From assembly GCA_964391455.1 (NCBI GenBank), contig CAYMJQ010000002.1, positions 12,688 to 76,687 on the forward strand: 64,000 bases of DNA, written 5' to 3'. Under the pieces are notes generated by a model that saw only the letters and a program-made list of their open reading frames with translations, searched no databases and had not been told where the DNA came from. The stretch is from an uncultured Candidatus Saccharibacteria bacterium (GTDB lineage: Bacteria; Patescibacteriota; Minisyncoccia; Phycocordibacterales; DATDWN01). Position 1 is the first letter of the stretch; the number at the start of each line of letters is the position of its first letter. Positions 8,592 to 18,055 of the stretch are shown piece by piece. Made by a program: the position numbers and the translations under genes.

Positions 8592-10877
8592 TTATGTTGT
8601 TACTTTTGGTTCAGTAGGTTCCTCTGGTTTTTCTTCTGTTTTTTGATTTTTTTCCTCTTCCTCTTTTTTCCTTTGTTCTTCCATATATTCCCTTGTTGCT
8701 TCTTCGGCTTTCTCTTTTTTGCTTTTTTCTGTGGCTAAACCTCTTATTTTTCTTGCAATAACTCTTCTATCAGATGCATTGTTAGTTTGTTCGGTTTGTG
8801 AAAGTGCATACCCTCCACCTACAAAAGCCCCAGGTATTCCACCAACCACCCCACCTAAAACTGTGCCCCCAGTAATTTTTGCTAAAACTGAACCATATCT
8901 ATACATTACTCCACCATTTTCTATTCTATTTGCATAATCATTAACTCTTTCTTTGTATCTTTCTTTCAATTTTGACTCATTGTCCTTTCCTAATGCTGTA
9001 ATTTCTTCCAATCTTCTTCGTTCATCTGATTTGAAGTTAGAACGATTATTTTTAGCTTCCTCATATATTTTCTTTCGGTCTTCAATTGCCTTGTTTAGAT
9101 TTTCAATCTCAGATTTTCTTCTTAAGTCATCATTTCTAATATTATCCATTTCTGTTTGGATTCTCACTTTTTCTTCCTGGCTTTCTGTCCAGTCTAATTG
9201 TTTTTGTAATTCCTTTAGTTTTTTTCTATTTTCTTCTATTTTTTGATCATTTTCATTTTTTGCAGATACAGCTTGGTTTAGAAGTTTTTCTTTTTCTGTT
9301 GCGTCTTTTCCTTCTTCAGTTTGTTGCCATATTCTATTTTCTTCATTTATAAAGCCTTCAGAATTTAATTTTTCTTCAGCTTCTTTTGTTGCTTTGTCTT
9401 TTTTCTTTGCTTCTTCGATAACATCATCATTTACCTTATAATACTGTTTTACTTTTTCAGCTTCATCTTTTGCTCTTTGTTCTGTAATTGCTCTATAGTT
9501 TGTTTTTTTGGTGTCTACTTTTCCAAAATCACTTCCAAAACCAGTTGCTTTGGCAACTGTGCCAAAACTATCTGTGGCCCTTGCATCAAAAGAACTTGTT
9601 GCAAGTCTATTTGCAGCAGAAAGTTTTAATCTTGCTCTTATATCACCTTTAGCTGCTCTGTCTTTGAGATCTTCATCATTTGCTACATTACCACCCCATC
9701 TTCCAATTGTGCTTCTACCCAACCTTCCTGCCCCTCCCATAAACACTCCACCAGCATAACCACTAAACTTACTAGTTGCTGTTGCGATGTGTGTGGATCC
9801 TTTTTTGGACATGTTTGCCGATACTATAAGTGAAGCAATGGACAAACCTATAATTATGGTAAATTTAAATAATAAATTTATAAAACCTTCATTATTTGCT
9901 GGGTTTTCACTTATTACACCACCCCAATTACCCCCCACAGTTATAAAACCTGGGCTCGTAAAAATAGTCATTGATACAAGCATCATTAGCATAAAAACAG
10001 GTGGAAATATAAGCTGGCTATTCAAAGCATTCCACCATTGAGAAGCATAAGGTTTCATGAAATCCAAAGCTAATCCCATATACGCAACTGGAGAAAGAAC
10101 AAGTAAAACAAGTATTGCTAAGAATCTAACAATAAACATTACTGATATGGCGAGGAAAACAAAACAAAGAATTAGAAATAGAAATATACCTAAAAGAGGA
10201 ATAAATATTAAATTAATCCTACCCCCCGCAGAACTTACCATTCCTTCAAATGCGTTGTTTGAATAAAAAGAAGTTATTCCAACAGCTCTCATAAAAGGCA
10301 CAGTTAAACCACCTCTTATTTCGACGTTTCCAGCTGTAACATTTCCTCTGTCTATTATGGCTTCATACAAACCAACAGTAACCACGTTTGAAGCATCTAT
10401 AAGCACTTTTGTAAAAAATAGGCTGAAGTTTATAAGTATAGAAGCCAGAACTATGCCTATAATAAATCTTTTTATATATTCTCTACTTCCCTGACCAATT
10501 ATGAGTTTTATTGCTTCAAAAAGTAGTATGAATATAAAAGCAATATTCATTAGGTCTTTTAGTATTTTCCATGCTGTGTTTATTCCTGTGAGACTTTGTA
10601 AATTCTCTTTAATATCCAAAATTGAGTATTCAATAACAAAGTCAAGTAATAGGCCAAATATCATGAGCAATAAAGCCATGATTGTTAGAATTCCATAAAA
10701 TATAGAAGAGATTATTGCAGTAAGACAGTTCTGTACATTTGGAAACGGAGTTTGGAAACCATACCAAGTTTGTGGGGCACAACCATTTCCTAGACTGAAA
10801 AAAGCATCAGCTGTAAAAGGTGTAAACACACCCACAAACAGAATTAGTATTAGTATGTAAGGAAAAAACCTTCTCAT
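8592..10877 (-). CDS. VirB6/TrbL-like polytopic membrane protein with long K/E-rich coiled-coil C-terminal extension
   Basis: A 761-aa protein with a signal peptide, at least six TM helices, Gly-rich segments, a ~250-aa Lys/Glu coiled-coil region and a C-terminal Gly-zipper helix. Confidence 0.5.
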   Translation of the reverse strand: MRRFFPYILILILFVGVFTPFTADAFFSLGNGCAPQTWYGFQTPFPNVQNCLTAIISSIFYGILTIMALLLMIFGLLLDFVIEYSILDIKENLQSLTGINTAWKILKDLMNIAFIFILLFEAIKLIIGQGSREYIKRFIIGIVLASILINFSLFFTKVLIDASNVVTVGLYEAIIDRGNVTAGNVEIRGGLTVPFMRAVGITSFYSNNAFEGMVSSAGGRINLIFIPLLGIFLFLILCFVFLAISVMFIVRFLAILVLLVLSPVAYMGLALDFMKPYASQWWNALNSQLIFPPVFMLMMLVSMTIFTSPGFITVGGNWGGVISENPANNEGFINLLFKFTIIIGLSIASLIVSANMSKKGSTHIATATSKFSGYAGGVFMGGAGRLGRSTIGRWGGNVANDEDLKDRAAKGDIRARLKLSAANRLATSSFDARATDSFGTVAKATGFGSDFGKVDTKKTNYRAITEQRAKDEAEKVKQYYKVNDDVIEEAKKKDKATKEAEEKLNSEGFINEENRIWQQTEEGKDATEKEKLLNQAVSAKNENDQKIEENRKKLKELQKQLDWTESQEEKVRIQTEMDNIRNDDLRRKSEIENLNKAIEDRKKIYEEAKNNRSNFKSDERRRLEEITALGKDNESKLKERYKERVNDYANRIENGGVMYRYGSVLAKITGGTVLGGVVGGIPGAFVGGGYALSQTEQTNNASDRRVIARKIRGLATEKSKKEKAEEATREYMEEQRKKEEEEKNQKTEEKPEEPTEPKVTT

Positions 10878-10882
10878 TATGA

Positions 10883-12574
10883 TTATATTGGTCTAAATAT
10901 TGCCCAAACAGAACCATCAGCAGATACGATTCCAGAACAAGTTGGCTGTGTTCCAAATACCGCACAAGCTCCACCCCAACCAACAAAAGTGTGACCTATG
11001 CCTGGTGTTGCTGATATAGACTGGTGTGATCCTCTAGGATAGACTTTTGATATTGTTGTTGAAGCCATAGTAACTGAATTCAACTCATCTACTCCGTCGC
11101 TCAATGATCCTACACCTGAAACAGTAAATGTAACTGTGTATGTTCCAACACCTGGAAGAGGTGTTGGTGGTGCTGGGTTTTCGTGTCCGGCTGGGTTTCT
11201 GTTACAAGCACACTCAACCAACCAACCCCAACCACCTTCTGCTATAGAGTATTCACCGTCCGGACCTTCATTTCCAACAGCACCAATCATTACATCTACA
11301 ATCATTCCATTACCAAAATTAAACTTATCTAATCTTATTGGGTGTTCCATTAATTCTCCTCCAAATCTACTACTAATTATCGGAGCTGCTTGTCGCATAC
11401 CGTAATTAGAAGCGGGATAACCATTTAATACAGATAAAACAGCACTACTACTTACTGTTGTACAATCTACGTTTGGATCTGGTGTGTATGCTGGACAATG
11501 ACCACCACTTCCTCCACCAGCTCCTAGTGGCCAAGGAGGAAGACCTCCAACTGTTCCTGGGGTGCTTCTGCAGTTTGCTTGTCCACCATCTCCACCCCCA
11601 CCCCCACCATCTGGGTCACCACCATCTCCACCACTTCCACCTGTTGCTGTACAGTTTATGGATGGAGCCGTTGCTGTGATCCGGTAATTTGTTATTGGTT
11701 GTTGTTCATCTCTTAAACTATTAGTAAAAACTCTTCCGGAAGCATCTCTTTCACTTGAAGTAAATAAACTTCCAGCGCCCCCAACTATTTTTTCTACCAA
11801 TTGTGTAAGCAAGGCAGTAACTATTTCATTGAATTCATCAGCTGCATTTAATCTTTCCCAACTTGAACCAAGACTTCTTGATAATTGATCGTTTATAAGG
11901 ACCCCAGGGGTGGTTGTTATTTCTTCTTGAGTACATATTGTTTGTTGAGATATTGGATCAATCACCTCTGCGCCTCTAGGACATCTTTTTACGTTTAGAA
12001 AACCACCACTTAAATCTAATTCTCTTTGTCTTGTGGCTTGAGCTGCACTTATTCTCATAGATAAAGTGTTTTGGGCTTCGAGGTATGCTCCATAAGGGTT
12101 GTTTTGAGAGTTTTGAGTTAATTCAAACCATCCCTGCCAACCACCCTGAGAGAAATCTCTGGTAAAAGCCTCATAATTATTTCTAAGTATATCTAGTGTA
12201 CAGGTGTAATTCGTGGTGTCTGGGTTTATATAATTTTTAACCAAAGCCAGTCTTACTTGGGCGTTAAACGGTGCACATAATTGATTTACTCCTGCTTGAG
12301 ATAAGAAAGCGGAAGCAGTTTCGTCTCCTATATCTAAGAAAAATTGTCTAGGATTCTGTACATATAGAGGGTTTCCTTTAAAACCAGAGTTGATCCAGTT
12401 TACTGTTGTGGCGGTAAGTCTTTTTAATGCTATGGCTGAAACTTGGTAAGCAACTCCATCAAGGGCGAATTCTTTTAAATTTTGAGCAATATCTACATAC
12501 TGTGCGTTGGTTTTTACTGGAGAAGATAATGATAATAGTGATGCCATTATCATTATTAATAAAGTTTTTTTCAT
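10883..12574 (-). CDS. secreted Gly/Cys-rich protein (T4SS-locus)
   Basis: A 563-aa protein with a signal peptide. It has a poly-Gly/Asp tract (GGSGGDGGDPDGGGGGGDGG) and many Cys in the C-terminal half. Confidence 0.5.
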   Translation of the reverse strand: MKKTLLIMIMASLLSLSSPVKTNAQYVDIAQNLKEFALDGVAYQVSAIALKRLTATTVNWINSGFKGNPLYVQNPRQFFLDIGDETASAFLSQAGVNQLCAPFNAQVRLALVKNYINPDTTNYTCTLDILRNNYEAFTRDFSQGGWQGWFELTQNSQNNPYGAYLEAQNTLSMRISAAQATRQRELDLSGGFLNVKRCPRGAEVIDPISQQTICTQEEITTTPGVLINDQLSRSLGSSWERLNAADEFNEIVTALLTQLVEKIVGGAGSLFTSSERDASGRVFTNSLRDEQQPITNYRITATAPSINCTATGGSGGDGGDPDGGGGGGDGGQANCRSTPGTVGGLPPWPLGAGGGSGGHCPAYTPDPNVDCTTVSSSAVLSVLNGYPASNYGMRQAAPIISSRFGGELMEHPIRLDKFNFGNGMIVDVMIGAVGNEGPDGEYSIAEGGWGWLVECACNRNPAGHENPAPPTPLPGVGTYTVTFTVSGVGSLSDGVDELNSVTMASTTISKVYPRGSHQSISATPGIGHTFVGWGGACAVFGTQPTCSGIVSADGSVWAIFRPI

Positions 12575-12681
12575 AAAATAATTATCTTAGAATACGTTTA
12601 TGTATAATTTACATAGTAATTATACATTATTATATTAGATATATATTCAAAAAAAAAGAAATTATGTTGAAAACTAATTTT

Positions 12682-13497
12682 TTAAGCGTTCCTTATCAGA
12701 AAGTCATTCATTTTAGTTAGTATGTTTATAAAAATAGATGAATTTTGGGTGTAATTACCAAATGCATCAAAAAGTCTTATAGGGTCATCTAATCCAATCT
12801 TCATATTTTCTAAATTAAACAATATTGCAGAGGATATATTTAATAACTCTAAGTGTACAGAAATAGCTTTTTCAGGCACCTCCATGTTCAGTAGATATTT
12901 TATAGTTGATTTGTTGATTGTAATTACAGAGTCAAGTTTCTTTAATTCTTCCTTATTTTCTGTACTTACAGCATTTGCAAATACTAAAATAGGATCATCA
13001 TAGATACTATAGTATATAGGTTGTATTGCTTCGTTTACACCCTCTTTGTATCTTTTCATTGTTTCAGAATCTGATTTTGTTGTAACTTTTAGGTTTTGTC
13101 TTATGTATGTTACTGGTTTTTGGTTGTATTCAGGAGAAGAAAGGGTTTTGGCCGCTATTTCAAAAGCTTTTTCTTCGGTGATTTGTTCGCCATTTCTAAC
13201 AGTTAGTAAATATTGAGATAGGAAATCTCTAGAAAGTTGATCTGTTAATGTCGCTCCTTCAGTTTCAGTTAAGTCCAAAGTTAGGTTTTGAAATGGGGTT
13301 TTTTGTTCAACAGTACTTAGAATTTTTTTCCAATCAACATCGGAGTTTTCTTTTGTTTGTATTGCAGGCATCAATGTTCCACCATCATCGTTTTTTATAG
13401 TAATTTTTTCATTATTTAAATTTTTATTAGACAACCAAACAGAAACAACTAGACCTAAACATAATATAAAAGTAGCTATAATTTTATTATTAGGCAT
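12682..13497 (-). CDS. N-terminally anchored hypothetical protein
   Basis: A 271-aa protein with one N-terminal TM helix and no recognised domain. It is the first gene downstream of the UbiA-fusion gene and may mark the operon start. Confidence 0.45.
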   Translation of the reverse strand: MPNNKIIATFILCLGLVVSVWLSNKNLNNEKITIKNDDGGTLMPAIQTKENSDVDWKKILSTVEQKTPFQNLTLDLTETEGATLTDQLSRDFLSQYLLTVRNGEQITEEKAFEIAAKTLSSPEYNQKPVTYIRQNLKVTTKSDSETMKRYKEGVNEAIQPIYYSIYDDPILVFANAVSTENKEELKKLDSVITINKSTIKYLLNMEVPEKAISVHLELLNISSAILFNLENMKIGLDDPIRLFDAFGNYTQNSSIFINILTKMNDFLIRNA

Positions 13498-13529
13498 TTT
13501 ATAAATCTTAACATGTTTTATTACTTGAT

Positions 13530-15182
13530 TTATAACAAGTTATAAACACCAGCCATGAAGTAAATCAAAATATAAGAAATAGCGATTCCTGCTAACAAAA
13601 AAAATCTTAATGTGAATATGTGTTTTTCTACATAAGGTTTTTTGGTTATAAGTCTATAGCCTATTATTGATGCGGGGATACATATGATATATAGCAGATA
13701 AAAAGATAAAAATAACGGTATTAAAAGAATACTTAAGCTGAACATAATTGCTACTATTTTTATTCCATTTTTCGGGAACATTGTTGGGATTGTCATTATT
13801 CCGTTTTGTTTATCACCCTCAATGTCTTTTATATCTTTAAAGTTTATAGCTAGTGTTACCATGATTATTATTCCAAGACTTAAAAGTATCGGAAATACAT
13901 ATATTTCTTTATATACAGACACAAAAAAGAATCCAGCTAAAATAGTAGAAAGACAAGCAACTGAAATAAGAAAGGAAGGAATCAAAGGGAATCTTCTAAG
14001 TCTAAGTGGTGGTGCTGAATATATATAAGAACAAAAGAAGTAAATTAGTGCCATAAAAAACGGATAAAATCCGGCCAAAAAAGCTCCCAAAAGACCTATA
14101 AATAACCAGATATTGCTAATATCCAACATTTCTTTTTTGGTTAAATCTTCTTTTACAAGAGGTCTATTTTTGTTTGAAATTTTGTCTATATCTACATCAT
14201 TTATATCGTTTAGATGTACTGCATGCATCCATAATGCTATCCAAGCTATTGTTATGGATAAAATTCCAAATATATCTATAAAAACAAATTTATTCCCTAA
14301 ACCATTTATATAAGCAAATCCAATTCCAGAGAAAAGAGATGCTGTATAAAAATTTACTCTTTCTAGTCTTATGTTTTTTATTACTGATAAAAATTTGTTT
14401 TTATTTATATTCCAAAGTATTAAAATAGATATGAATATAGATATTAAAAACAATATTTGTGAAACAAATTTTGCAAAACCTATTTCTATAAATCTCTCTC
14501 TTGTTACGGAGCCCAGACCCTCTCTTAGTGAATTGTGTGAGATTGTCGATTCTAAGATTATTTTTTCTAAAAATAAGACTATTTCAATACTTTGTGCTGG
14601 TGGGTTTTTTATGTGACTTATCGTGTATATAAGTCCTGGTATGGTTGCCATCAAAAAGACAAATAAATATATAAAAAACATGCTTAATAAACTTGTTTTT
14701 ATATTTTTACTTTCTCTCCATATCAAATATCCAATAACCAATATAGATATGGCTATACCTACCCTAATTCCTAGTGTTGCTCCGGAATATATGTTTGGTC
14801 CGAAAAAAGTTAGAAAATTTAAAATTAAATCTTTTCCACTACTAAAAATGTATAACATTTTTAAACCTTTTCCATTACTTATGACTATATCTATAATTGG
14901 GGCTAACCAAATAAGAGGTAATCCAAACAGAATGATTTTAGAAGCGTTTACATAATCTTTTGTAAAATATCCAAAAATAAAAATAGTTCCCAGTGTTACT
15001 GACAAGAAAAATAAACCAACATGTGTTATTGCATAAGAATCTGTGTGTATTATTCCAGATAAAGTAGGACTAGACAGACCTTCTAAGAGAAGTCTGACAA
15101 ATAAAATTCCAATAAAGCCCATAACCCAAGAAGTTAATGTAATCTCTTGTTTTTTTATGGTTGATATTAATGTATCTATCAT
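13530..15182 (-). CDS. UbiA-family prenyltransferase fused to an N-terminal polytopic membrane domain
   Basis: A 550-aa, all-membrane protein. The C-terminal half carries both UbiA Asp-rich motifs (NDINDVDID and DIKDIEGD). The N-terminal ~280 aa is an extra domain of at least seven TM helices. Confidence 0.6.
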   Translation of the reverse strand: MIDTLISTIKKQEITLTSWVMGFIGILFVRLLLEGLSSPTLSGIIHTDSYAITHVGLFFLSVTLGTIFIFGYFTKDYVNASKIILFGLPLIWLAPIIDIVISNGKGLKMLYIFSSGKDLILNFLTFFGPNIYSGATLGIRVGIAISILVIGYLIWRESKNIKTSLLSMFFIYLFVFLMATIPGLIYTISHIKNPPAQSIEIVLFLEKIILESTISHNSLREGLGSVTRERFIEIGFAKFVSQILFLISIFISILILWNINKNKFLSVIKNIRLERVNFYTASLFSGIGFAYINGLGNKFVFIDIFGILSITIAWIALWMHAVHLNDINDVDIDKISNKNRPLVKEDLTKKEMLDISNIWLFIGLLGAFLAGFYPFFMALIYFFCSYIYSAPPLRLRRFPLIPSFLISVACLSTILAGFFFVSVYKEIYVFPILLSLGIIIMVTLAINFKDIKDIEGDKQNGIMTIPTMFPKNGIKIVAIMFSLSILLIPLFLSFYLLYIICIPASIIGYRLITKKPYVEKHIFTLRFFLLAGIAISYILIYFMAGVYNLL

Positions 15183-15189
15183 AGATTAA

Positions 15190-15975
15190 TTATACTAGGT
15201 TTTTTGTTATTTCTATCCATAAAGACATAGGTAAATCTTCAGCTCTTATCTTTGGATTTATTTTTAATTTATTAAAAACATTTTGTGCTTTTTCTTTTCC
15301 AAAAACAGAAGATATATTAGAAAACAATTGTTTTCTTTTGTGAGCAAACCCAGCATGAATTATTTGGAAAAAATTTTTTTCATCTATTTCTCTAAACTTA
15401 TTTTTTGAGATATTATCAATTTTTATTACAGCGGAGTCTACTTTTGGTGGTGGGCTAAAGGCGCCTCTTGGAACCTTTTTTATTATTTTAGGGTTTCCAA
15501 ATATTTTTACCGACAAAGACAAAAGACTTTCTTTTCCGTTTTTAGCCATAATTCTTTCAGCAACCTCTTTTTGCACCATAAGAATCATTTCTTTTGGTTG
15601 AAGATTTGTATCTAAAAATTTTCTTATTATTGACCCTGTTATGTAATATGGAATATTGGCTATAACTTTATATTTTTTAGTACCTAAATTTTTTTCTGAT
15701 ATTTCAAACTCCAGAATATCTTTTTGTATTATTTTTAGTTTTTTATTTTTAATATAATTTTCAAATTTTTTTTCTAATAAAGGTATAAGTCTGTGGTCTT
15801 TTTCTACAAGCAAAACATTATCTGATATTTTTAGTATTTCTTCGGTTAAAAATCCTTCACCTGGTCCTATTTCTAGTATAAGCTCATCTTTTTCTGGTTT
15901 ACCAGAAAGAACAACATCTTTTGCAATTGTTTTTGATTTAAGAAAATTTTGGCCAAGAGATTTTTTTTTAAACAT
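15190..15975 (-). CDS. rsmA: 16S rRNA (adenine1518/1519-N6)-dimethyltransferase
   Basis: KsgA family, with the N-terminal LGQNFL motif and a Rossmann-fold core. Confidence 0.85.
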   Translation of the reverse strand: MFKKKSLGQNFLKSKTIAKDVVLSGKPEKDELILEIGPGEGFLTEEILKISDNVLLVEKDHRLIPLLEKKFENYIKNKKLKIIQKDILEFEISEKNLGTKKYKVIANIPYYITGSIIRKFLDTNLQPKEMILMVQKEVAERIMAKNGKESLLSLSVKIFGNPKIIKKVPRGAFSPPPKVDSAVIKIDNISKNKFREIDEKNFFQIIHAGFAHKRKQLFSNISSVFGKEKAQNVFNKLKINPKIRAEDLPMSLWIEITKNLV

Positions 15976-15979
15976 AAAT

Positions 15980-17995
15980 TTAAAAATCTATACTAAATAA
16001 CGGAGATCTATTGCTGGATATTTCAGAATTTTCAGTTTGTAAATATTGTGAAGGTATATCTTCTAAAAATTCTGATGGAGAATTTATTTCCATATTCCCA
16101 AATATAGTACGTACTTTGGCATGGGTCAAATAAAGTTTTTTGCCAGCTCTTGTTATTGCCACATAAAACAACCTCCTTTCTTCCTCCGCGTCTTCTCCAG
16201 TTTTTTTGTTTCTATCCATTCTGTTGTGTGGAAATAGATCTGCTTCAAGACCACAAACAAAAACATATTGGAATTCTAGACCTTTAGAAGAGTGTACTGT
16301 CATTAATTTTACTCCATTTTTTTTGCCATCCAAAGAATCTTGATCTGATGCTAGTGCCGAATCAGTCAAGAAATTCTCTATACCAACTTCTTTATCATAA
16401 GAATCATATGATGTGGCCATAGTCACAAGTTCCATTATGTTCTCTAGTCTCTCGGTGTCCTCCTCTAAGCCTGTTTTATAGAAATCCTCCATACCAGAGT
16501 TTTTTATTATATATTTTATTGCTACAGAAGGAGGTTCTTTTAATAAAACATTCTTAAAATCACTTAACATTTTTCTAAAATTATTTATTTTTATCTGCAT
16601 GTTTACAGGCAATTCACCTTCTTTTCCTTGGAGTATTTTTTGTAAAGTTGTCTTTCCTATGCCTCTTGTCGGAACATTTATGATTCTTGCAAAATCACTA
16701 AGAGAGCTTTCATTTAAAGATGCTTTTATATAACTCAAACAATCTTTAATCTCTTTTCTTTCAAAAAATTTTGTTCCAAGCATTTGATACGGAACTGTAT
16801 TTGCAAGAAAAGCTTCTTCTAAAACACGAGATTGGAAGTTTGCTCTATATAAAACAGCTATTTCTTCTGGATTAACCCCGCTTTCTATAATTTCTTTTGA
16901 TTTATTAGCTATAAAATACGCTTCATCTATTTCACTTCTTCCTTCAAACAGACTTATTTTTTCACCGACTTCATTTAGTGTAAATAATTTTTTAGGAATT
17001 CTAAAATTATTTTTTTCTATTATTTTGTTTGCTACATCAAGAATATTTTTTGTAGATCTATAGTTTTGTTCTAGAAAAAATGTTTTTACCTCTGGAAAAA
17101 CTTTTTCAAAATGAAGCATATTTTTGATTTCAGCACCTCTCCAACTATAAATATTTTGATCTGTATCTCCTACAACACAAATATTTCTGTGTTTCTCTAC
17201 TAATAATTCTACTATGTTGTTTTGGACTTTATTTGTATCTTGGTATTCATCTACATGAACATACAAAAATCTTTTCTGATATTTACTCAATATATCAGGG
17301 TATTTTTTAAGAAGTTTTAAAGTTTTTAATAGTAAGTCATCAAAATCCAGTCCAGATTCTTTTTTTAACACTTCTTCATATTTTGACCATACTTTTTTTA
17401 CTAATTCTGAAGTTTGGTCATAAGACCCTCTTTCTAGATATTCACTTAAATTTACTCCCCTACTTTTTTCATTAGAAATAATATGACTTATTTTATCTAA
17501 ATGGTCTTTTGGTTCCAATCCAAGGTTTGATATTGCCTCTTTTATTACTTTTTTGGAATCTGATTTGTCAAAAATATTAAAATGTCTTGGGAGTTTTAGT
17601 AATTCTGCATTTTCTTTGATTATTTGTACGCCAAGGGAGTGAAAGGTGCTAACAAAAGGCAGTTTTTTTTGTGTTCCTAATAATATTGAGTTTTGTTTTA
17701 ACAAATCAACAACTCTTTCTTTCATTTCTCTCGCTGCTTTGTTGGTAAATGTTATAGCTAATATATTTTCTGGTTTTATACCACCAGCTATTATGTGTAG
17801 TATTCGGTGGGTGATAGTCTTGGTTTTTCCTGCTCCAGCTCCAGCCACTATTAAAACTGGACCATCTACTGTCATAACTGCATTTTTTTGTTCAGAATTA
17901 AGGGTTTTTAGATAATCCATTATTTTTAAATGAGGAATTTTGTTTTCTATTAAGATTTGATTATAGCATTTGTCTAAAACTCCATTTTGTATCAT
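15980..17995 (-). CDS. pcrA: UvrD/PcrA-family ATP-dependent DNA helicase
   Basis: Motif I VAGAGAGKTKTITHR, a 671-aa length and a typical SF1 helicase motif series. Confidence 0.85.
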   Translation of the reverse strand: MIQNGVLDKCYNQILIENKIPHLKIMDYLKTLNSEQKNAVMTVDGPVLIVAGAGAGKTKTITHRILHIIAGGIKPENILAITFTNKAAREMKERVVDLLKQNSILLGTQKKLPFVSTFHSLGVQIIKENAELLKLPRHFNIFDKSDSKKVIKEAISNLGLEPKDHLDKISHIISNEKSRGVNLSEYLERGSYDQTSELVKKVWSKYEEVLKKESGLDFDDLLLKTLKLLKKYPDILSKYQKRFLYVHVDEYQDTNKVQNNIVELLVEKHRNICVVGDTDQNIYSWRGAEIKNMLHFEKVFPEVKTFFLEQNYRSTKNILDVANKIIEKNNFRIPKKLFTLNEVGEKISLFEGRSEIDEAYFIANKSKEIIESGVNPEEIAVLYRANFQSRVLEEAFLANTVPYQMLGTKFFERKEIKDCLSYIKASLNESSLSDFARIINVPTRGIGKTTLQKILQGKEGELPVNMQIKINNFRKMLSDFKNVLLKEPPSVAIKYIIKNSGMEDFYKTGLEEDTERLENIMELVTMATSYDSYDKEVGIENFLTDSALASDQDSLDGKKNGVKLMTVHSSKGLEFQYVFVCGLEADLFPHNRMDRNKKTGEDAEEERRLFYVAITRAGKKLYLTHAKVRTIFGNMEINSPSEFLEDIPSQYLQTENSEISSNRSPLFSIDF

Positions 17996-18019
17996 GTTAA
18001 CAACTTCTATTGACCGGTT

Positions 18020-18048
18020 TTAGGTACTATATATAATGGATAGGTACG
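18020..18048 (+). promoter_or_regulatory. sigma70-like promoter (TTGACC-16-TATAAT) for the LysM-M23 gene
   Basis: The sequence reads ttgaccggttttaggtactatatataat. Confidence 0.4.
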
Positions 18049-18055
18049 GTAATGG

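Noticed and set aside
8248-11679. Numerous plus-strand ORFs (for example 8719..8937, 9508..9759, 11136..11405, 11458..11679) antisense to the T4SS-locus genes, some Pro/His-rich
   Set aside because: They mirror the Gly/Glu/Lys-rich coding sequence of the sense genes. The His-rich 11458..11679 frame is the reverse complement of a poly-Gly tract. They have no start context.
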